From Sedimentisphaerales bacterium (GTDB taxonomy: Bacteria > Planctomycetota > Phycisphaerae > Sedimentisphaerales > SM23-30): a stretch of 64,000 nucleotides of DNA. Below are positions 8,902-18,685 of this stretch, piece by piece. Location: NCBI GenBank assembly GCA_963666285.1, contig OY762711.1; one strand, 5' to 3'. A model generated the notes under the pieces. The model saw only the letters and a list, made by a program, of their open reading frames with translations, made no database searches and was not told the DNA's origin. The translations under genes and the position numbers were made by a program. How positions within the stretch are numbered: position 1 is the stretch's first letter; each line of letters starts with the position of its first letter.

Positions 8902-10410
8902 TCATTTGATTAATACAGGCTGTGGTGAGGAGGTTGGTCCCCAAACTTCCAGTATGTCCGGTCCGCTTTTCTGCGGTACAAATTGTATCCTGTCAATAGA
9001 TAGTTTTCTTGGACTGACACGGTCCAGGCTGTAATGACGATGATATACGATAAACATATCATTTCCGTCAGGTGATGCTGTCAGTGTGTGATGTGCTGTT
9101 CCATGGGCATATGAAGTTGATTTCATGATCGGGTTGTATTTGTATTTCTTCCATGGGCCAAGCGGGGTGTCACTTGTCGCATAGCCGACTGCATATTCCG
9201 GGCTCTGGAAATGGCTGCCGGAATATGTCAGGTAATACGTCCCTTTATGCTTGATGACCTCCGGACCTTCTGTGACTCTGCCCATGTCTTGTTCCCAGGG
9301 TTCATCCGGTCTTACCATCATCTTCAAGCTGCTCTCATCTACAGTTATCATATCGTCATTAAGTTTTCCGGCCCAGATTTCGTTGCCATTATTGAAATGT
9401 ACATAGTACAGGTAATACTGGCCATCATCATCCTTAAAAACATGGGCATCTATTTTTATTGAATCCGGTTCCAGGGGCTTTTTTATTTCCTGCTTGAATG
9501 GTCCCAGCGGACTTTTGGAGGTGGCAACACAAATCCTTTCTTCTACGGCATAATACAGGTAATATATGCCATTCTTCTCTACGATATCAGGTGCCCAGAA
9601 ACTATGCCTGCCCCAGCTGTCAGCATCTTTAATTGCAAAACCTCTGTCTTCCCAGTTTACCAGGTTCGTGGAGGTAAACAATCTTATCCCGTTTACCTTG
9701 TCTGTACTACGCAGCGTATATGTACAGTATAAGTAATATATCCCGTCAAACAGTTTCACTACCGGGTCTGCACATCCCGGTTGAATAGGGTTGATATAGC
9801 TCTTTTCCAATTTGGCAGGGGAGTATTCCTTGACCGAAAACCTGCGATAACTTACTTTGCCGCCGGTTGCCCACAGGCCGACCAGGCCACTCTTAAACGC
9901 TGTATGGATTCCATCAATTTTAGGAAAACGTAATATGGGCTCCTTTATATTGTCAACATACAGAATAACATTATCTCCATCTGCCAGCAGCCTCAGTTTA
10001 TACCATCTGCCTGGTATTATTTCGCCCGGTTTTGAAGCCAGTAATTCCGATTTATTATCAGCGTATTCCCAAACTGCCAGTTGTTTGGCTGTATCTATTC
10101 CAGCGAAATATCCCTTAATGTCGTCAGATCCTTCTGGGATTCGAAACGCAATTCCGGCTTTGGCTCCCTGAGATAATACTTTTACTTCTACTTGCAGCTC
10201 AATATTACCGGTACTAATGCCATCTACTAGTAATATAGTTTTGCCTTTGCTATTTGTAGACAATACTTTATTTTGTACCGTCCATTGATCTTCTGTTTTG
10301 TGCCAGCCGCTTAGCTTGCTGTCAGTAAAATTATCTTCAAAAAGTGTTTTTCCGTAAGAAGTACTTAAAAATAGCAATAATACGGCAATAATAAATAATA
10401 CTTTTTTCAT
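8902..10410 (-). CDS. Secreted GH43 glycoside hydrolase with N-terminal DUF1080-like domain (tandem paralogue)
   Basis: Same motifs (CADP, WAPD, IDAH, TEGP); closely similar to 7283-8800. Confidence 0.88.
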   Translation of the reverse strand: MKKVLFIIAVLLLFLSTSYGKTLFEDNFTDSKLSGWHKTEDQWTVQNKVLSTNSKGKTILLVDGISTGNIELQVEVKVLSQGAKAGIAFRIPEGSDDIKGYFAGIDTAKQLAVWEYADNKSELLASKPGEIIPGRWYKLRLLADGDNVILYVDNIKEPILRFPKIDGIHTAFKSGLVGLWATGGKVSYRRFSVKEYSPAKLEKSYINPIQPGCADPVVKLFDGIYYLYCTYTLRSTDKVNGIRLFTSTNLVNWEDRGFAIKDADSWGRHSFWAPDIVEKNGIYYLYYAVEERICVATSKSPLGPFKQEIKKPLEPDSIKIDAHVFKDDDGQYYLYYVHFNNGNEIWAGKLNDDMITVDESSLKMMVRPDEPWEQDMGRVTEGPEVIKHKGTYYLTYSGSHFQSPEYAVGYATSDTPLGPWKKYKYNPIMKSTSYAHGTAHHTLTASPDGNDMFIVYHRHYSLDRVSPRKLSIDRIQFVPQKSGPDILEVWGPTSSPQPVLIK

Positions 10411-10738
10411 ATTTATTTAATTCTAAAAGGTTTATATGTTTAATTAATAAATTTAATCTAACATACTATTACACTGAATTGAATAATTAAACAACTATTT
10501 TCTGAAAACAGATCTTATTGCAGGTATTCCTAAATGAATCAGCCAATTCGTAGATGAAAAGGATGATTTTTGGGGAACAGATTAGTCTTAAAGAGAAAGC
10601 TCTTGGTCTGTGTCTTGGCAATATATATAATTTTTTGCTGCTTTGTTCACAGCAATAAGACGGAATATTGTCAAAAAAACTCCTGAAAATAATAATAATG
10701 GAAAAATTCAAACAGTTCTGCGAATGGATTAATGTTTG

Positions 10739-10768
10739 TTGACGATATTCTTGTCAGGTGCTTATAAT
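10739..10768 (+). promoter_or_regulatory. Sigma70-type promoter for the small PEP-CTERM gene
   Basis: TTGACG-N18-TATAAT upstream of AAGGAG and the ATG at 10836. Confidence 0.55.
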
Positions 10769-10835
10769 ATCAATATAAGAGAAGTGGAAATATGATTTTT
10801 GTAATTCTTTATAAGTTTTAAGGAGTAAAAGAATT

Positions 10836-11075
10836 ATGAACCAGCCTTTTTTGATATCTTTTATCTTGTGTGTTTGCCAGGTATACAATGTTTGTGCTGA
10901 TATCGTGTGCGAGAAATCTAATATCTTTAGCGATATTGATCATAGTGTGAACTTTAGCCCAATTATCTCTGTAGATATCCCTGAACCGGCAACAGTATTT
11001 TTGCTGGTAGTTGGTGGGCTAATTGTAATAAACAAAGGGAGGTTCTTTTCTTCATTTTTCTTCCACAAACATTGA
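10836..11075 (+). CDS. Very small PEP-CTERM protein
   Basis: AAGGAG ribosome-binding site; signal-like N-terminus; IPEPATVFLLVVGGLIVINKGR sorting motif. Confidence 0.75.
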   Translation: MNQPFLISFILCVCQVYNVCADIVCEKSNIFSDIDHSVNFSPIISVDIPEPATVFLLVVGGLIVINKGRFFSSFFFHKH

Positions 11076-11202
11076 GAAGTTCTCTACTTACAGGTAGTTG
11101 GCTGTTTATCTAATCCCTTTAATCACAGTTAGTTAGGTTAGGTGTCCATCATCGCTTGAATCTTATGTCTCACAAATTGCCCATCGTTTAGTTTTGTATG
11201 AT

Positions 11203-11829
11203 TTATTGTAATTTATTATTGCTGGCATATCTTATTCTTCTTTTTGAAGCAAATGCCAATGCACCAATTGAAATTAATATTAAGCTTGTTGGTTCTGGGA
11301 CCAGTGTACCTATAAACTCGAGATATGCTTCACTGAATTTTATTTCTAAATTTGAAAGTAGTTCATCGCATACCAAGGGTGTTTCCCAAATACCTCCATA
11401 AACTGTAATTTGTTGTGTCAGATCGTAACCTTCTATATTGATAGCGTTTGACAGCAAAGAGAGTTTTTCTGGTGTTTCGCCAAATCTTTCAATCAAAGCG
11501 TTAGGGGTTAAGATGATCTGATCGATATTGAGATTTAAATCCAATAAGGGTTCATCTCCATAAACCTCGATAAAATCGTCATGTGGATTACCATCATTAT
11601 CAGTATAAGTTATTGACTGCAAACCTTTTGCTAAAGAGTAAGTTTCGAAGTGATATGCAAAATATATCGACTCGATTTCGGCGAAATCTTCTAGGTAGTC
11701 GCTGTTAATGTTATAATGAAAAGTGCCAGGAAATGTTATATCTTCCATGGGGATGGGAATTTGGATAGTAGCTGAATAGGCATAGGAAAGCAATAGGCAC
11801 ATCAATAAAATAGTTAAATTTTCGCTCAT
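11203..11829 (-). CDS. PEP-CTERM exosortase-target protein
   Basis: Signal peptide; acidic body; VPEPTSLILISIGALAFASKRR at the C-terminus; AAGGAG upstream. Confidence 0.85.
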   Translation of the reverse strand: MSENLTILLMCLLLSYAYSATIQIPIPMEDITFPGTFHYNINSDYLEDFAEIESIYFAYHFETYSLAKGLQSITYTDNDGNPHDDFIEVYGDEPLLDLNLNIDQIILTPNALIERFGETPEKLSLLSNAINIEGYDLTQQITVYGGIWETPLVCDELLSNLEIKFSEAYLEFIGTLVPEPTSLILISIGALAFASKRRIRYASNNKLQ

Positions 11830-12146
11830 GGTATATCTGTCTCCTTATTTTGAACATAACTTATAATAAATGTAACAATAATTGTAATTTATCATGTTCG
11901 TTGACCTGTATCAAGACAATAAGTGTTTTTTATCTTCATTACTTTTGTTTATATTCGGTCAATAATTGACTGGTAAAATCAGTTAAAAATTGATATAATT
12001 TTGCGATTTTGTAACTATATTGGCCCAATGGAAGGCCCAGTAGTGCACTATTTGTGTATAATGACAAGTAAATACGACAGCATTTTGTTAAAGTAGGCAA
12101 TTTGCTCGGGGGTATTAATTTACGCTAGAGAGTTTTAGAAAAAACT

Positions 12147-15100
12147 ATGCCAAAACGGACAGATATTAAAAAGATTTTGATTATCGGTTCCGGTCCTATT
12201 GTGATCGGACAGGGATGTGAATTTGACTATTCCGGTACCCAGGCCTGTAAAGCCCTTCGCGAGGAGGGGTATGAAATAGTGCTGGTTAATTCCAATCCAG
12301 CAACTATTATGACTGACCCGCAATTTGCCGACCGTACCTATATTGAGCCTATTACGACCGAAGCTGTTGAGAAAATTATTGCAGCTGAGCGTCCAGATGC
12401 GGTTTTGCCTACTCTTGGCGGACAGACCGGGCTCAATACAGCAGTTCAGCTTGCTGATGCCGGGGTATTCGAAAAATATAATGTTGAGATGATTGGTGCC
12501 AATCGTGAAGTTATCCATAAGGCAGAAGACAGGACTTTGTTTCGCAATGCCATGGATAAAATCGGCCTGAAAATGCCTCGAAGCAAAGTAGTAAATAATA
12601 TGGAAGAGGCCTGGAAGGTACTTGATTTTGTCGGATTGCCGGCAATTATTCGCCCATCATTTACCCTTGGCGGCACAGGAGGCGGTATTGCATATAATAA
12701 AAAAGACTTTGAGGAAATCTGTTCTCGAGGTATTGAGTACTCTATGATCAATGAAGTTCTTATCGAACAGTCTGTTATTGGCTGGAAAGAATATGAGCTT
12801 GAGGTAATGAGAGATGTCAACGATAATGTAGTTATCGTTTGTTCTATCGAAAATATTGATGCGATGGGGGTTCATACCGGCGATTCTATTACTGTTGCTC
12901 CATCTCAGACTCTTACAGACAAAGAATACCAGCTCATGCGTGATGCCGCTATTGATATTATGCGTGAAATTGGTGTAGAAACCGGCGGTAGTAACGTTCA
13001 GTTTGCTATCAACCCTGCCGATGGTGAAATGATTGTTGTTGAAATGAACCCGCGTGTGTCGCGAAGCTCTGCTTTGGCTTCAAAAGCAACCGGTTTCCCA
13101 ATTGCAAAGATTGCAGCTAAACTTGCGGTTGGATACACACTTGATGAAATTTCAAATGACATTACCCGTGAAACACCGGCTTGCTTTGAGCCTACCATAG
13201 ACTATGTTGTTACTAAAATACCTCGCTGGACCTTTGAAAAATTCCCTGAAGCTGACGAAACTCTTACCACCCAGATGAAAAGTGTTGGTGAGGGCATGAG
13301 TATTGGCCGCACATTTAAAGAATCTCTGCAAAAGGGTATTCGTTCAATGGAGATCAAGCGTTACGGTTTGGGGCTTGATCGCAATGATAAATGGCTAAGA
13401 TATATGAGAGACGAAGATGTGCTTGACGCTTCCGAAAAGAGTGGTGGCGATGAAGGGCCCATTCAGTCTTCTTTCCCGATTCCGGAAGACAGGCTTAGCC
13501 GCAAACTGTCAGAACCTAGCCGTGGAAGATTATATTATGTGCGTTATGCGTTCAAGCAGGGATGGTCGGTAGAAAAAGTACATGATCTTACCTTGATTGA
13601 TAAATGGTTCCTGACAAACATTAAGGAATTGATTGATTTTGAAGATCAGCTGGCTGCTGTTAATACAATCGACAATATTTCTTACGAACTGCTTAGTCAG
13701 GCCAAGCAGTGGGGTTATAGTGACTACCAACTTGCCCATCTTTATCACACTACAGAACGAGTCGTACGAGAAAAATGTGAGCAACTCAACATCCAGGTCA
13801 GTTATAAACTTGTAGACACCTGTGCTGCTGAATTCGAAGCTTATACACCGTATTATTATTCAACTCACGAAAAACCGATTACCATCATAAATGACAAAGG
13901 GCAGGCTCAGCAATACTTTGATGATGAGATTCGTGTTACCAATAAAAAGAAAATTATGATTCTGGGTGGCGGTCCTAACCGCATTGGTCAGGGTATTGAA
14001 TTTGACTATTGCTGTGTTCACGCTGCTTTTGCTGCCCGTGAACTTGGCTTTGAAGCTATTATGGTCAACAGTAACCCGGAAACAGTCAGTACAGACTATG
14101 ACACTTCTGATATGCTGTTTTTCGAGCCGTTGACTTTGGAAGACGTGCTGAATATATGTGAAAAGCTTGGTGATAAGCTATATGGTGTTATTGTCCAGTT
14201 TGGCGGACAAACTCCGCTGAATCTTGCTCGTTCGCTTCAGGATGCAGGAGTTCCAATAATTGGCACAAGTGTTGAAAGTATAGATCTTGCCGAAGACCGC
14301 AAACGTTTTGGTAATCTTCTTGATCAGCTGGGGCTTCAGGCACCGCCAAATGGCACCGCTACTACAATTCAGGAAGCTCGAGCTATTGCAGAACGAATTG
14401 GTTATCCGGTTCTGGTACGGCCTAGTTATGTTCTGGGCGGTCGTGCCATGGAAATAGTCAGCGATAGTACTCAACTTGATAATTATATGGCCAAGGCTGT
14501 TGATGCTTCAACTGTCGGTCGTGACCATCCGGTGCTTGTTGATAAATTCCTTGATATGGCAATCGAAGTTGATGCAGACGCAGTTTACGATGGCGAGCAG
14601 GTACTTGTCTGTGGTATTATGGAACATATTGAACAGGCAGGTATTCATTCCGGAGACTCTGCTTGTGCTCTTCCGCCATATTCACTTGATGATGATATTA
14701 TTGAAGAGATTCGTTTACAGGCCGTTAAGCTGGCTGAAGGGCTAAATGTTCGCGGTTTGATGAATGTTCAGTTTGCTGTTAAGGATGGCAAGGTTTTTGT
14801 TATCGAGGTTAATCCCAGAGCTTCTCGTACTGTTCCTTTTGTTAGTAAAGCAACAGGTATTCCATGGGCTAAGGTTGCCGCTAAGGTAATGGCCGGTATT
14901 TCGCTTAAGGAACAAGGTGTAACAGAAGCCTTTATACCAGAGCATACATCTGTTAAAGAAAGTGTATTTCCGTTTACAAAATTCCCTGGAGTTGATGTTA
15001 TTCTTGGCCCGGAAATGAGGTCAACCGGTGAAGTAATGGGTATCGATCATAATTTTGCCCTTGCTTTTGCCAAGAGCCAGATGGCTGCCGGAACTAATCT

Positions 15101-15503
15101 CCCGCTGGATGGAAAGATATTTCTTTCTGTTCGAACTGAAGATCAGCCTCGCGTGCTTGAACTTGCACGCTCTTTGGATGAAATGGGCTTCGAGCTGCTT
15201 TGTACTCGTGGTACAGGTGAATATCTGGATCAGAACGGTGTTAATAACACTATCTTAAAGAAAATTATTGAGGGCAGGCCAAATATAAGTGATTATATTT
15301 TGAATGGTGAAGTATCTCTTATTATAAACACGCCTACTCGAAAAGGTATGACTACAGATGAGGGGCGTATCAGGGCTACAGCTGTCATGCATAGGGTTCC
15401 AATGATCACTACTACTACCGCTGCTGCCGCTGCGGTTGCGGCCATTGCCGAGATGAAAAAAGGTGAATGGGGAGTTAAGGCTCTTCAGGACTATTTTGAA
15501 TAA
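12147..15503 (+). CDS. carB: Carbamoyl-phosphate synthase large subunit
   Basis: [30 protein letters not shown] start; two ATP-grasp halves; C-terminal MGS domain. Confidence 0.98.
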   Translation: MPKRTDIKKILIIGSGPIVIGQGCEFDYSGTQACKALREEGYEIVLVNSNPATIMTDPQFADRTYIEPITTEAVEKIIAAERPDAVLPTLGGQTGLNTAVQLADAGVFEKYNVEMIGANREVIHKAEDRTLFRNAMDKIGLKMPRSKVVNNMEEAWKVLDFVGLPAIIRPSFTLGGTGGGIAYNKKDFEEICSRGIEYSMINEVLIEQSVIGWKEYELEVMRDVNDNVVIVCSIENIDAMGVHTGDSITVAPSQTLTDKEYQLMRDAAIDIMREIGVETGGSNVQFAINPADGEMIVVEMNPRVSRSSALASKATGFPIAKIAAKLAVGYTLDEISNDITRETPACFEPTIDYVVTKIPRWTFEKFPEADETLTTQMKSVGEGMSIGRTFKESLQKGIRSMEIKRYGLGLDRNDKWLRYMRDEDVLDASEKSGGDEGPIQSSFPIPEDRLSRKLSEPSRGRLYYVRYAFKQGWSVEKVHDLTLIDKWFLTNIKELIDFEDQLAAVNTIDNISYELLSQAKQWGYSDYQLAHLYHTTERVVREKCEQLNIQVSYKLVDTCAAEFEAYTPYYYSTHEKPITIINDKGQAQQYFDDEIRVTNKKKIMILGGGPNRIGQGIEFDYCCVHAAFAARELGFEAIMVNSNPETVSTDYDTSDMLFFEPLTLEDVLNICEKLGDKLYGVIVQFGGQTPLNLARSLQDAGVPIIGTSVESIDLAEDRKRFGNLLDQLGLQAPPNGTATTIQEARAIAERIGYPVLVRPSYVLGGRAMEIVSDSTQLDNYMAKAVDASTVGRDHPVLVDKFLDMAIEVDADAVYDGEQVLVCGIMEHIEQAGIHSGDSACALPPYSLDDDIIEEIRLQAVKLAEGLNVRGLMNVQFAVKDGKVFVIEVNPRASRTVPFVSKATGIPWAKVAAKVMAGISLKEQGVTEAFIPEHTSVKESVFPFTKFPGVDVILGPEMRSTGEVMGIDHNFALAFAKSQMAAGTNLPLDGKIFLSVRTEDQPRVLELARSLDEMGFELLCTRGTGEYLDQNGVNNTILKKIIEGRPNISDYILNGEVSLIINTPTRKGMTTDEGRIRATAVMHRVPMITTTTAAAAAVAAIAEMKKGEWGVKALQDYFE

Positions 15504-15576
15504 TTTATTTATTGTTAGACTATATATTGGGTTATTTTTATTTTTGAAGCTGGATATTTAATAGATAGAGAGAATA

Positions 15577-17202
15577 ATGAAAACAACAATTAATTTTTTA
15601 GTATTGCTGCTAGTAAGTATTTTTTGCATTTGTAGCACATTAAATGCGGACCTGAATGTTATTCCACATCCTCAGTCAGTTACAGAGGGGAAGGGATTTT
15701 TTAACATAAATGAAACTACTTCAATAGTAGCTACACCTGGAGCAGAAATGCTGGCGAAATATCTTGCCGAGCTTATAAGGCCTGCAACCGGGTATAAACT
15801 GAGTGTCCGTTCCAATAACATTGAAGTTATGCCTCAGAATAGTATTTATCTACAACTTTACCGAAATAAAGGGCGTAATAACCCTGAAGCATATACTCTT
15901 AAGGTTACTCCGGAAAGTATACTTATTATTGCTTCTGACCTTCAAGGGATTTTCTATGGCATACAAACTGTCAGGCAGCTTTTGCCTGCTGAGATTGAAA
16001 GTAAACAGAAAATTGAAAACTTCAGATGGTCTGTTCCTTCAGTTGAGATAAAGGATTTTCCCCGCTTTCAATGGCGTGGCATGCATCTGGATGTATGTCG
16101 CCATATGTTCCCGGTCGAATTTATCAAACAGTACATTGATGTAATGGCAATGTATAAGCTAAATACTTTCCACTGGCATCTTACCGAAGATCAGGGTTGG
16201 CGAATCGAGATCAAAAAATATCCTAAATTAGCTGAAATTGCATCTAAACGTGATTCTACTCCGATTCCTGCAGACAGAAGTAAATCGGACGGTAAGCCAT
16301 ATGGTGGGTATTATACCCAGGAGCAGGTCAAAGAGATCGTAGCCTATGCAGCTGATCGTTTCATTACCGTTGTTCCGGAAATCGAGATGCCCGGCCATTC
16401 TGTTGCCGCACTTACTGCATACCCTGAACTGGGTTGTACCGGTGGGCCATATAAGGTAAGAACAACCTGGGGTGTTGAAGAAGATGTATATTGTGCCGGT
16501 AATGAACAGACATTTGAGTTTCTCGAAAATGTAATGAATGAGGTTTTGGAACTATTTCCTTCACGAGTTATTCATATAGGTGGCGATGAATGTCCTAAAA
16601 CTCGCTGGCATGAATGTCCCAAATGTCAGAAGCGAATGAAAGATAATAATTTACCGGACGAGCACGCCTTACAAAGTTATTTTATTACACGTATGGAAAA
16701 ATATCTTAATTCCAAAGGGCGTGTAATTATTGGCTGGGATGAGATTCTTGAAGGCGGTCTGGCACCAAATGCGATGGTAATGAGCTGGCGTGGTACAGAA
16801 GGTGGCCTGGCAGCTGCCAGACAGAATCACTATGTTGTTATGTCGCCTAACAGTCATTGTTACTTTGACCATTATCAATCAAAAGACCAGTCAAAAGAAC
16901 CACCTGCGATTGGTGGCTTTTTACCGCTTGATAAGGTATATAGTTACAATCCCGTCCCGGATGAGCTTACTGCTAAACAGAGAAAATATATCAAAGGCGT
17001 ACAGGCCAATCTCTGGACTGAATATATTCCAACCGTAGAACAGGCCCAGTATATGGCATACCCGCGTGAACTGGCTCTAGCTGAGGTAGCCTGGACCGCT
17101 GAAAATCTTAAATCTTACCAGCGTTTTCTTAATACGCTTAAAACAGAACTCAAGCGGCTAGATCTTTTGAAGGTCAATTACCGCAATCCGTTTGAAAATT
17201 AA
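15577..17202 (+). CDS. Beta-N-acetylhexosaminidase (GH20)
   Basis: Signal peptide; PRFQWRGMHLDVCRH, HWHLTEDQGWR, PEIEMPGH and the catalytic HIGGDE motif. Confidence 0.95.
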   Translation: MKTTINFLVLLLVSIFCICSTLNADLNVIPHPQSVTEGKGFFNINETTSIVATPGAEMLAKYLAELIRPATGYKLSVRSNNIEVMPQNSIYLQLYRNKGRNNPEAYTLKVTPESILIIASDLQGIFYGIQTVRQLLPAEIESKQKIENFRWSVPSVEIKDFPRFQWRGMHLDVCRHMFPVEFIKQYIDVMAMYKLNTFHWHLTEDQGWRIEIKKYPKLAEIASKRDSTPIPADRSKSDGKPYGGYYTQEQVKEIVAYAADRFITVVPEIEMPGHSVAALTAYPELGCTGGPYKVRTTWGVEEDVYCAGNEQTFEFLENVMNEVLELFPSRVIHIGGDECPKTRWHECPKCQKRMKDNNLPDEHALQSYFITRMEKYLNSKGRVIIGWDEILEGGLAPNAMVMSWRGTEGGLAAARQNHYVVMSPNSHCYFDHYQSKDQSKEPPAIGGFLPLDKVYSYNPVPDELTAKQRKYIKGVQANLWTEYIPTVEQAQYMAYPRELALAEVAWTAENLKSYQRFLNTLKTELKRLDLLKVNYRNPFEN

Positions 17203-17252
17203 TTTATAAATCTTAAATTATCCAGCATAGAGAATAGTTAGAAAGGAAAGAT

Positions 17253-17753
17253 ATGTCGACACAGGATAATCTAATGGCCGCTTTTGCCGGCGAATCACAG
17301 GCTAACCGTAAATACCTTGCGTATGCGAAGGAGGCGGAAAAAGCAGGCCTGCCACAAGTTGCAAAACTTTTCAGGGCAGCAGCAGAAGCAGAAACTGTAC
17401 ACGCTCATACCCATCTGCGTAATGCCGGTGGTATAAATGATACTATTGCCAATCTTAAGGATGCTATTGCCGGCGAAAGCCATGAATTTAAGAGTATGTA
17501 TCCGGGTTTTATCGAAGAAGCTGAAAAAGAGGGCGTTAAAGGTGCTCTTAAAGGATTCCAGATGGCCAATACTGTTGAAGAAATTCACTTCAACCTGTAT
17601 TCTGAAGCATTAAAGAGTGTTGAAGGTGGCAGCGATCTTCCCGAACAGAAGATCTTTGTTTGCAGTGTTTGCGGCAACACTGTTTACGGCGAAGCTGAAG
17701 ACAAATGCTCAGTCTGTAACGTTGCCAAAGATAAATTCTTTGAAGTTAAATAA
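17253..17753 (+). CDS. Rubrerythrin family protein
   Basis: AFAGESQANRKY and EAETVHA di-iron motifs; C-terminal CSVCG...CSVC rubredoxin-like site. Confidence 0.93.
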   Translation: MSTQDNLMAAFAGESQANRKYLAYAKEAEKAGLPQVAKLFRAAAEAETVHAHTHLRNAGGINDTIANLKDAIAGESHEFKSMYPGFIEEAEKEGVKGALKGFQMANTVEEIHFNLYSEALKSVEGGSDLPEQKIFVCSVCGNTVYGEAEDKCSVCNVAKDKFFEVK

Positions 17754-17783
17754 TAAGACGAAATAAATAGTCTTTTTTCTCTT

Positions 17784-17814
17784 AGGCCGGTGAATATTCT
17801 CTCCGGCCTTTTTC
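17784..17814 (+). terminator. Intrinsic terminator between rubrerythrin and the convergent DsrE-like gene
   Basis: AGGCCGG / CCGGCCT stem followed by a T run. Confidence 0.75.
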
Positions 17815-17838
17815 ATGTATCTCAAAATGACTTATTCG

Positions 17839-18189
17839 CTAGAAAGTAATGATTTCATATCCTTCTTCCATGTATTTCGCTATAGCCGGGTGGCCATGCA
17901 TTTCGCCATTGATATTATAATTTTGCTCTTGTGCACTCTCCAGGCTGCCCATCTTGGAAGCACATGCCTTGCAGATACAGTCAAACATTCCCATGTCACG
18001 AACTTTCTTGTATAAATCGCCGAACATTGCACCTTCTTCGTTCAGCTCTTTTACCAGCTTAACCGCTGCACCTTCGATTATTACTTTTACTTCAAAACCG
18101 CGTTCTTTCATGTCAAGTGCGTTAAGAAGTACGTGTACAAAACACATCGCCTCACCTTGAAACGCCACTAATGCAACTTTTTTACTCAT
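17839..18189 (-). CDS. DsrE/DsrF-like family protein
   Basis: 116 aa; CFVHVLLNALDM, IIEG, CKAC and terminal GYEIITF fit DsrE-like proteins. Confidence 0.75.
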   Translation of the reverse strand: MSKKVALVAFQGEAMCFVHVLLNALDMKERGFEVKVIIEGAAVKLVKELNEEGAMFGDLYKKVRDMGMFDCICKACASKMGSLESAQEQNYNINGEMHGHPAIAKYMEEGYEIITF

Positions 18190-18442
18190 AGTATATCTCC
18201 AATAGCTGAAATTAAGTTTGAAATAGTATATACGCTTTCTTATGGTAATGGCAATATATAATCTTAATACTTTTGGTCTTTTTATTTTCTAAGTAAATTA
18301 TTATGGGACTTTATACTTTTGTGTATCAGTAAATTAAAGATAAAACTTGAAATATTTTATGTATGACTTAATTATTTTCCGAGTTAGATATGGGCTTGAG
18401 TTTTTTATATAATAATATTTAATATAGGTATAAATGAGTAAA

Positions 18443-18643
18443 AGTTATCTTTCGCAGTTTTAAAGTTGCAATAACGAAGTGCCTTTGGTAAATCGCCTTA
18501 AAGGACTTTCCTGCAACATATTTGATAAATATACTTTCGAGAAATAGACTGGAAACACAATTAAATGTAGCGTTTTTCATTTACTTGGCTTTGTTTCAGC
18601 CATTACGTGTAATGTTGAATCGTCAAAAGTGTGATGCCGTACT
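18443..18643 (+). repeat. Dispersed structured intergenic element, copy 1 (MITE-like or ncRNA)
   Basis: Alignable by eye to 21231-21410 and 57770-57995, from AGTT..CTTTCGC through GTTGAA..GTCAAAAGT to CCGYAC. Confidence 0.85.
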
Positions 18644-18685
18644 AATACATAATGATTTATGTTTCGCTCATTTTTATAAATTGAA

